Origin: Asterionella formosa
Taxonomy: Eukaryota
Length of the DNA: 20,457 nt
Reading direction: 5' to 3'
NCBI GenBank assembly: GCA_002256025.1
Contig: NKIB01012322.1
Span: 62,001 to 82,457 of the forward strand
The first letter of the stretch is position 1; each line of letters starts with the position of its first letter. Below are positions 11,927 to 19,572 of this stretch, piece by piece. The position numbers and the translations under genes were made by a program. A model generated the notes under the pieces. That model saw nothing but the letters and a program-made list of their open reading frames with translations. It was not told the origin of the DNA and did not search any database.

Positions 11927-11989
11927 GGGGAATGGCTTAGTGGTTAGCACACCTTTCTGCGGTGGTGAGTTCGATTCCTGCATTCTCCA
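11927..11989 (+). pseudogene. tRNA-Ala(TGC)-derived pseudogene or SINE-like head with a truncated anticodon arm
   Basis: The acceptor stem GGGGAAT/ATTCTCC has a G3:U70 pair and discriminator A, the alanine identity elements. The A box TGGCTTAGTGG is at 11933-11943 and the B box GTTCGATTC at 11969-11977, with a T5 run at 11996-12000. It is only 63 nt long, about 8 nt are missing after TGC (11958-11960), and the T stem is degenerate. Confidence 0.7.
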
Positions 11990-12389
11990 CCTGTCTTTTT
12001 CATGTACTCCCTAGGGTTCCGGGGGTGCGGCTGACGAAAAGAAAGATCCCATTGTACCGTACAGACAAATAAAGCAAAAGCTGACAACAAAACAGTAACA
12101 GTGCAACAGATTGAAGGTAGTAATTCAAGAACGGTTGAAGGCGGGGCAATAACATCAGTATACTGCTGCAGGTGTTTCCATCAATTTCTCAAGAACATGC
12201 AAGAAACACAATTGTTTACCAAAAACACAGAAGAAATTAAGAACAATGGGATCAATTTCACTCTCTTAAAGGCAATTGTTGCTCTATAAAGCGTACTTTG
12301 TGAATAGTTTCAAGAAGGTGGATTAAATAGTCAGCTAGTGGCTACTTTGACCGAACTCTGAAAAAGAACACCAACTTGGTCAAAAGAAG

Positions 12390-12670
12390 GGGATAGAGCA
12401 TCCTTTGTATTGTTATGATGGGAAGATTTGGCAGGCTCCAAGGGGTTCTTGGATTTTCCTGTAAAATTTCTCTGCCAGACAGGGTGGATTCTGTGACTAA
12501 ATGGAAAACTAGGCATTGTAAGAAGACCTTTTCGCTTTCTTGATCCACGGTCACTCTGGGATAGACTGAAGTTAGAGTGGAGGCAAAATTACAACTGGTG
12601 GAACAAGCAACAGACATGGAGATTCCAGCAGGGTCACACAATTTTAAACCAGAATTTGTTGAATTTAAAT
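12390..12670 (+). mobile_element. Degraded remnant resembling the C-terminal domain of stramenopile Crypton-like (tyrosine recombinase) transposon proteins
   Basis: Joining three frames gives HPLYCYDGKIWQAP / KGFLDFPVKFLCQTGWIL*LNGKLGIVRRPFRFLDPRSLWDRLKLEWRQ / KLQLVEQATDMEIP. The TGA at 12494 sits where a Trp would be expected. This fits a recalled YxYxGxxWxxPxxFxFP...GWxLWxxG...RPFRxL pattern. No recombinase core is visible. Confidence 0.45.
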
Positions 12671-13129
12671 GTTTCTGCAGGCATCTTATAGCTTTTGATT
12701 TAGAGTTTTCATTCTTCTAATATTTTTCATTCTATTTCAATAGTCATCAGTCGTCTTTCATATAAAAGTAAATCAATAGAAATAAACCTAATGTATAGAA
12801 ATAAAACCATTCTATTCAATTATGGAAGGTAGTACTTAGATCCAATGCTTAGGGTTGCCGAAATTCTCTGAAACTATGAATTTTTATGAGCTATTTTTGA
12901 AAGACATGATTCCATTTGAAATATTTAAATCAGTGGAAATTTGCGCGCACATACATAGCTTCTTTTTCGAATTCGCTAAATACATATATATATATATATA
13001 AACATTATCCATCGCTCGATGTATAATTACCCTATAATATGATCAACATATATGTGTCATACAAGCTGGCAGAATGATGGCAAATTTTGTTGATGAATAC
13101 TAAGAAACAAAGAACTCCAACAATCAACC

Positions 13130-13564
13130 ATGACAACAATATCGATGACAAATTCAACTACAGTTATGATAGTTTTCCAAGCTACATGCCAAGACCGGTT
13201 GATTGTAGAGTCGGATGTGGAGGCATGTGAGAGTCGCATCTTTTGCGAATGCTGTGATTTTGGATGCCCTGAATGTCAGTGCCGATGGGATGAAGTCGAA
13301 GAGTTGGGGGGGAAATTTCTTGGAAGGTGAATCCATTTTCAGCAGATTGAAGGATGAAGAAATTACGGCATCAAGAGCCCGCAATCTTCTGTACAAATTT
13401 TTAATCAGAATTTCTGTGGACCATTGGGAAAAGGTGTTCCGATGAAACTTCCTGACTGTTGCTTGAAGGGGGTTCAATCCCTATTGAAAAACAAGGAACC
13501 AAAAGAAGAAGCTTACACTGGCTTCAAACCTGTTTCGAATCGCTCTAGATTTAGTAGTGATTAG
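13130..13564 (+). pseudogene. Frameshifted gene for a small Cys-rich protein with a P2X7-ballast/KolX-like C-terminal motif (~144 aa if repaired)
   Basis: Frame 1 reads ...FCECCDFGCPECQCRWDEVEELG. After a +1 shift at the G7 run (13306-13312) it reads NFLEGESIFSRLKDEEITASRARNLLYKFLIRI. A -1 shift near 13411 returns to frame 1: FCGPLGKGVPMKLPDCCLKGVQSLLKNKEPKEEAYTGFK...TAG (13562-13564). Confidence 0.6.
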
Positions 13565-14243
13565 TTGTTTATTTTACTATTTTCATTCATTTCAGTAGTG
13601 TTTTTACTTCAATGAACCTACATATGTCGTTTCAACCTCTTTTAGAAGTGAGGTGGCATGTATTCGGCTCTATTTCTATATTATTTTTTAACGATTTCCT
13701 ATATTTTAAGAGTTTAGCACATCAAAAGTTGCAACAAACAATTAAGACAACAACAGCAACATGATGCGCTCCAGTTGTGGCCGTCTTGTTTCCCAAAGTG
13801 AAACTGGTGGTGGACATGGAGGTTGAACTGTAATTGGCAATGAAAATCAGAATTGGTGGTCATCATCATCAGCATTCTCCCCCCTCCCTCACAATAGAAA
13901 ATGTTACATGTGTATCCAGTGTGGCCGGAATTTTGCTTTACAAGATCTCTCAAACTGGGCCAATCAAATGGAGGTAAGTAATTCCCAAGAGCCAATCAAT
14001 ATATAAATAATATTGCGCGCGCTTACAATGGAATTTTTGGTACAGGAAATTTTACAATGAAATATCGCATCACAAGACTCTGATTCGGATGATTAAGTTT
14101 CGGCACTAAATGTTTCTGATTCTGATGTTTTGGAGATGGTTGAAAAGGCCGATTTTGTTTATTTTTGGATGACGATTGCTCAGCGTTTGCTGCTTTGTCT
14201 GAAGGTGATTTAGATACATACTAGGTAACCTTCAAAGAGCACC

Positions 14244-14393
14244 AGTATATAACTTCTAGCGAAAAACTGCAGAAAGGAACTTCTGTTATTTACTATGCCA
14301 AAATAAAGTGATTTCCCCAAAATTTCTAGTCTTGATAGCATAGTTAAAAAATCGAAGTTCCTTCCTGCAGTTTCTCCCCAGATCCTATATACT
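14244..14393. mobile_element. 150-bp foldback / MITE-like element
   Basis: Arms 14245-14283 and 14354-14392 are inverted copies with 32/39 identity. An inner pair (ttatttactatgc 14286-14298 / gcatagttaaaaa 14338-14350) extends the stem. Both ends lie in TATATA. Confidence 0.7.
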
Positions 14394-14847
14394 TGTACAT
14401 ATACACTGACATAATATAGAGTTGACCTATACCCTACTTTGATCAATGACTGTATCCAAGCATATGGAAAGGGTGTATATTGGTGAAAGCTCCGTTAAGT
14501 GATGTACATTTAAATTAAAGTGTGTGTTTGACTACTGTATTCTGGTTCAATGTTAATTTTTAACCCTACCTCTATTCTAGGGTTGAAATGCAGGAACCTT
14601 AAAATTTCACATGCCACATAATAAATAATTAGAGATAATCATGATAGCGGTGATAAGAAGAAGGGAAAGTTGTGTGTAGAGTTTGAAGTTGTACATGGTA
14701 CCAGGTAGTACCGGGTAATAGCCAGAATATACCTACATATACCTGCATTCATTGCTTATGGATTAGAACGGATTCTTGTTGGGAGGGGGGTTAGTTGGTA
14801 TTGCCTACCGGTAATCGTTATTGTTAAGCAGCGCTGCTAACTTTGTC

Positions 14848-17448
14848 ATGTTCAGTAGCTCAAAGCAATACGATACAGTGCCAGTAATCGACATGGAAGC
14901 AGAAATGCCCGAGATTTTGACTCGCAAAAGGGGTGAGGACGAGGAGGCCGTAGTGACATCAATGGTGGGTATACCTTCCAAAATGGACGAGGCGACGCAG
15001 CTCCTTGAATCATTGACTCTTAAGCAGAAGATACGAATGGTGTCAGGAAAGGACCTATGGCATCTTAAGGCTATTCCTCAATTCAATCTACCCAGTATTG
15101 TCCTAACTGATGGACCTCACGGAGTCAGAAAACAAGAAGGAACTGACCAAACCGACTTGCTCAAAGGGCGAATACCCGCTACCTGCTTTCCGACAGCGTC
15201 CTGTGCAGCATGTAGTTGGAATCCCACTTTATTGGAACGAGTCGGGGAGGCACTTGGGATTGAATCTCGCAATGAAGATGTAACTGTCCTGCTTGGCCCT
15301 GGTCTCAATATTTTAAGACATCCTTGTGGGGGGCGCAATTTTGAGTACTTTTCTGAAGACCCGCTGCTTAGTGGCAAACTTGCAGCGGCAATGACGCGAG
15401 GTATTCAGTCACAACATGTAGGAGCTTGTATCAAGCATTTTGCCGTTAATAACCAGGAGACGTGGAGATTTGTAGTTGATGCGATTGTCGATGAACGCAC
15501 ACTTCGAGAGATTTACTATCGTGGCTTTGAAATTGCCGTCAAGGAATCACATCCATGGACTGTCATGTGTTGCTACAACAGGGTAAATGGCTTGCATGGA
15601 AGTGAAAATCACATATTCTTTGAAGATCTTCTTCGGAAGGAATGGGGCTTTGATGGGCTGGTAATGACAGACTGGGGTGCCTCAAACAATCGCTCGCTTG
15701 GAATCTCTGCAGGTGTGGATTTGGAGATGCCTGGTTCACATGGTGCCTTTGATAAAATATTGGAAAACGCGATTAAAAAAGGTGAACTCTCCGAGTATGA
15801 CTTAGATCAGTCAGCAAAACGAGTGCTGTCGCTAATCATGCTTGGGGCAGACGTAAAAGCTAAGTCTAAACCAGTCCTGGATATGGAAGCGCACCATAAA
15901 CTTGCATATGAAGTTGCCTTGGAATCTGTAGTTCTTTTGAAGAATAACAATAATCTACTTCCAATGGTTCTGAATACATCGATTGCAGTAATTGGTGCGT
16001 TTGCAAAGAGTCCCCGATTTCAAGGCATGGGGTCATCGCAGGTGCTGGCATTTAGAACTGATACTGCGTATGATCGAATGGCGCAGCATACAAAAAATTT
16101 AACATATTTACAAGGATACATCGAGGATTCTGACCATTTGGCGCCATCGTTGATAGATGAGGCCGTTGTTGCAGCATCAAACGCGGACATTTGCGTTATC
16201 TTTGCTGGCCTTCCCCAGTCTTATGAAACGGAAGCGATCGATCGGACCCACACTGACCTACCAGAATCGCACGATAATTTAATTACCGCTGTGGCCGGAG
16301 TAAATTCCAGAATAATAGTCGTGCTGACCAACGGATCTCCAGTGCGGATGCCTTGGGTAGACCAAGTCGATGTAGTATTAGAGGGATGGCTACACGGACA
16401 AGCTGGTGGCGCAGCTGTTGCTGATTTACTGTTCGGTTTAACGTCGCCGTCTGGAAAGCTAGCACAAACTTTCCCTATTCAACACGAGGACTGTCCAAGT
16501 GACAATTGGTTTCCAGGTGATTTCCACCAGGTTCAATATCGCGAAGGCCTGAACGTTGGCTATCGCTTCTTCGAAACAGCGAAAGTACCAGTACTCTTCC
16601 CATTTGGACACGGCTTGTCGTATACTAGCTTCGAGTATAGCCAGATGAAAGTGAAAAAGGTCATCGACACTGACCTTGAAATTTTGGTTGAGGTTGAGGT
16701 GAAGATTAGAAATACTGGCGACATCACTGCGTCGGAAGTCGTTCAGCTCTATGTCAACGATTGTGAAGCGTCTGTTTATAGACCTGAACATGAACTGAAG
16801 GGGTTTATGAAGTTAGCGTTGTTGAAGGGGGAGACCAAGACAGCCAAGTTTTATTTGAAGGAAGATTCGTTTTCTTTCTGGGATGTTGGTTATAAGAGTT
16901 GGATTGTGGAGCCCGGACAATTCGAGATTCGAGTGGCAGCCTCAAGCCGAGATGTGCGTTTGAAAGAAAAAGTTGTTATCGTATCAGGCAAGGTACCGTC
17001 AGCACGCGCCATGCAAACTCATCCCTACAAACCAGGAGCGTTAGAACATATACCGGATTCTGATGATGATTTCTACTTCATGTTGGAACGCCCTATCCCG
17101 CCACCCCCGAAGATGCATATGATGGCCATTCATCTGAATTCGCTATTGGACGAGCTCCATGGATCGTGGCTAGGACGAAGTTTGCAACATGCTGTCGTTA
17201 GTACAATGAAGAAGGAAATGGAGAACCCTGACGACCCCAATCAGATGCTCTTGGCAAACGCGCTTGCTATGAATACGCCCTTGAGATCGCTAGTTATCTT
17301 CAGTCGAGGCCTTTTCGTTTTTGAGATTATGCATGTATTTATACATATGATTAATGGCAAATATTTTCACGCTATATGGAAGATGCCGGGCGCTTTGATG
17401 TCATATGTTGTTCATCTGATTTCGGGACGTCATAATGCTATAGTGTGA
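14848..17448 (+). CDS. Glycoside hydrolase family 3 beta-glucosidase (GH3 N + GH3 C + Fn3-like + C-terminal extension), intronless, ~866 aa
   Basis: Motifs are TDGPHGVRK, GPGLNILRHPCGGRNFEYFSEDP, KHFAVNNQE, VMTDWG (nucleophile Asp), SVVLLKN, ETEAIDR (acid/base region), PSGKLAQTFP, FPFGHGLSYT and EVVQLYV...ELKGF. The first in-frame ATG is 14848, with an alternative at 14893. The track start at 14821 is a TTG. No signal peptide is evident. Confidence 0.95.
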   Translation: MFSSSKQYDTVPVIDMEAEMPEILTRKRGEDEEAVVTSMVGIPSKMDEATQLLESLTLKQKIRMVSGKDLWHLKAIPQFNLPSIVLTDGPHGVRKQEGTDQTDLLKGRIPATCFPTASCAACSWNPTLLERVGEALGIESRNEDVTVLLGPGLNILRHPCGGRNFEYFSEDPLLSGKLAAAMTRGIQSQHVGACIKHFAVNNQETWRFVVDAIVDERTLREIYYRGFEIAVKESHPWTVMCCYNRVNGLHGSENHIFFEDLLRKEWGFDGLVMTDWGASNNRSLGISAGVDLEMPGSHGAFDKILENAIKKGELSEYDLDQSAKRVLSLIMLGADVKAKSKPVLDMEAHHKLAYEVALESVVLLKNNNNLLPMVLNTSIAVIGAFAKSPRFQGMGSSQVLAFRTDTAYDRMAQHTKNLTYLQGYIEDSDHLAPSLIDEAVVAASNADICVIFAGLPQSYETEAIDRTHTDLPESHDNLITAVAGVNSRIIVVLTNGSPVRMPWVDQVDVVLEGWLHGQAGGAAVADLLFGLTSPSGKLAQTFPIQHEDCPSDNWFPGDFHQVQYREGLNVGYRFFETAKVPVLFPFGHGLSYTSFEYSQMKVKKVIDTDLEILVEVEVKIRNTGDITASEVVQLYVNDCEASVYRPEHELKGFMKLALLKGETKTAKFYLKEDSFSFWDVGYKSWIVEPGQFEIRVAASSRDVRLKEKVVIVSGKVPSARAMQTHPYKPGALEHIPDSDDDFYFMLERPIPPPPKMHMMAIHLNSLLDELHGSWLGRSLQHAVVSTMKKEMENPDDPNQMLLANALAMNTPLRSLVIFSRGLFVFEIMHVFIHMINGKYFHAIWKMPGALMSYVVHLISGRHNAIV

Positions 17449-17459
17449 TTTATGTAGTA

Positions 17460-17621
17460 ACTATCAATTACGTGCATTTGGAATGTGGCGAAGCTTCCTT
17501 CTCTAATCCAGCCCCGATCAGTAAAATCTGTATTAGTTCTTGCCAGACTATCAATTACGTGCATTTAGAATATGGCGAAGTCTCCTTTTCTAATCCAGCC
17601 CCGATCAGTAAAATCTGTATT
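17460..17621. repeat. Direct duplication, 2 x 75 bp with an 87-bp period, between convergent gene ends
   Basis: The sequence actatcaattacgtgcattt...taatccagccccgatcagtaaaatctgtatt occurs at 17460-17534 and 17547-17621 with about 5 substitutions. The second copy contains the stop codon of the 271-aa ORF. Confidence 0.95.
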
Positions 17622-18420
17622 TGTTCATCAGACGGGCAGCCTCTCCCTTTTGTAATGACTTAGCTTCGTTTTGACACTGCACCTTGAGATCCTTCAGAAT
17701 ATTGATGATACAAGGGAAGGACTCGACTACGTCGTCAATCAACATGACATCCATCCATCGATCCTCTGCAGTGGCTCTGCTTTCTAGTTTGCAATTTAGC
17801 GTTGATGGATCGATAATGATAGGAGTTGTTTTCGTTAATCGCCCAATAATACTAGGTCTCTCCGAGCTGTTGTTTCTTGTCTCCGTTAGCAAAATTTGAA
17901 TTTTTACAATGATCAAGTTGTATACGTGAGGACGAGAGCTAAAATGGGGTAGTGCTTTCAATAACTCTTGGATGCTTTGTTCCCCCTTTCTGAGGCAAGA
18001 GGACTCTCCCTTACGCGCCAATCCTTGGGATTCTTCGTCTAGAATTTTCTTGACTTGTTGTGCCTTCTCACGAGCACCTGCACGATTCAATCGATACAAG
18101 ACATCGAACAAATGTTTTGAGTCTCGATCAGGTGTCATTGATGTTGACCCACAAGGAAGAAAGAGAATGTAACTTCTAGGCAGGATCATTGGCTGGTACT
18201 CCCTTCCTGTGGCATATGCCTTCATCCGGCTGAGATCGTCGGCTTCCTTCTGAAGTTTCTGGACAGCATTGGAAATTAGATTATAGCAGCGAGGATGATC
18301 AAGGCAGCGAGGTAAAAGAACATCGACCAGTTCAACGGCATCCAGCAAGCGCTCTTTGGGCGCATCGTCATCTGTACCAGGATGTGTGTTCTTATTATTG
18401 AATGAGTAACGTAGCATCAT
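17605..18420 (-). CDS. Hypothetical helical protein, 271 aa, with an internal ~121-aa duplication
   Basis: An uninterrupted ATG-initiated 816-nt ORF with CpGs retained as in the neighbouring genes. LP, P, YNLI, Q, L, E, GR and KGE each recur at an offset of exactly 121 aa. Confidence 0.7.
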   Translation of the reverse strand: MMLRYSFNNKNTHPGTDDDAPKERLLDAVELVDVLLPRCLDHPRCYNLISNAVQKLQKEADDLSRMKAYATGREYQPMILPRSYILFLPCGSTSMTPDRDSKHLFDVLYRLNRAGAREKAQQVKKILDEESQGLARKGESSCLRKGEQSIQELLKALPHFSSRPHVYNLIIVKIQILLTETRNNSSERPSIIGRLTKTTPIIIDPSTLNCKLESRATAEDRWMDVMLIDDVVESFPCIINILKDLKVQCQNEAKSLQKGEAARLMNKYRFY

Positions 18421-18843
18421 CTTTCAATATTTGTTCTGATACAAGGCTTTATTAAAATAAAATGGCAGTAGCGAGTCTGTGGACCTTGATGCTTTTATTT
18501 CGTGGAACCAGTGAACTTGTCAGTCGTTAATTGCTATGACCTTCCCAAGATTCAAAGTGTCGTGCAGGCCGTTGAACATACCGGAATTTATCAGCTGTGA
18601 TGACCAAAGAAATGGAACTACGTGATAGACAACTGGCAGGTCGTAGGTCGTATACACATGTGTGCACGATTCAATTCATTTCTCTCATCGCTCATCATGT
18701 ACCAATAGACCGGCTATATACCGATATTGTATTTACAACCGCTATATCATGTGTACCTCGTGTATTTTTTATGTACAGTACCGGTCATAAGGCAATTTCT
18801 GATGCGGGTCCAATAAAATATTCGGTCACAGGATCATTCTACA

Positions 18844-19572
18844 TACCGGTACATAAATTCATCTACCGGTAGACTACAGGTACTAGGTCTACTACATAAC
18901 AAACCGTTATATGATTTCCCGATGTGAGATTATGGATTACTATGATGTGCCGTTATGTAGATTACCGGTAGGTAGCGCTTGTACTGTATCTTGCCCAGTA
19001 TATACACATTCATAGACATGGAGATATACTGGTACCAGATACCGGTACCCTGGTACAATGAAACCTCCCTATAGGATACACCCTCTATATAAGATACACT
19101 TTTCTCAATGAAGTATCCCCAATTTGGTTATCCTTGCAAAGGACCCTCTATATAAGATACACCCTCCATTAGATATACTTGGATACACTTTCGCTGAAAA
19201 ATTGGGTTATTCTGACCTCTGTATAAGATAAAAACGAGCACCAGACAGTCTGCACTCAGTTTGCGCCAGTAGTTTTTTCCTTGTTTTGCATGTTTTGATC
19301 ATCTCAAATCACTGCTGTGGACTGACAATCTTCAGTACTACGAACGTACCCGAAAATAAATCAACTCTCAGCGCAACCGTTTATGGCCATACATATAGTC
19401 GTAGCTGTGTACTGCACTGGTAGTTAACTAGCCCCTTCGACAAAGCTCGCGATGTACATATACCGGTACTTGAGTACAGGGTAGACTGGGTACCAGGTAC
19501 CAGTACATATAGTCGTAGCTTTGTTGTGCACCGGCACCTTCGACAAAAAAGCTATGTAGCGATGTACCGGTA
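18844..19572. promoter_or_regulatory. Cluster of TACCGGTA / GGTACC palindromes upstream of the 271-aa ORF (function unproven)
   Basis: Exact TACCGGTA copies start at 18844, 18864, 18963, 19040, 19461 and 19565, with several GGTACC and TACCWGGTA variants nearby. Confidence 0.35.
19056..19230 (+). mobile_element. Solo terminus of a pogo/Tigger-like (Tc1/mariner superfamily) DNA transposon
   Basis: TA (19054-19055) is followed by CAATGAAACCTC, resembling the CAGTRAAACCTC termini of pogo-like elements. The subterminal repeat ACCCTCTATATAAGATACAC is exact at 19080 and 19143, with variants at 19063 and 19215. I found no matching right end in the window. Confidence 0.6.

Noticed and set aside
11927..11989. 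Functional tRNA (Ala-TGC or Arg-TCT)
   Set aside because: It is too short, with a 4-bp anticodon stem, no variable loop, and a T stem with one mismatch and two wobbles.
13714..13995. 93-aa Cys/His-rich ORF as a metal-binding protein or Kolobok transposase fragment
   Set aside because: It has a non-ATG start, the Cys and Met runs come from simple caa/cag and cat repeats, and no transposase motif appears in the frames I translated.
12012..14588. Telomeric TTAGGG-like repeats (tagggtt at 12012, 12850, 14578 and inverted at 14562)
   Set aside because: These are isolated single copies, not an array. The pair at 14558-14588 is just a small hairpin, probably transposon-related.
15117..18172. Antisense ORFs inside GH3 and the orphan gene, and the 72-aa ORF at 17445
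   Set aside because: They are shadow ORFs. The 17445 ORF has a GTG start and its repeated peptide simply reflects the 87-bp DNA duplication.
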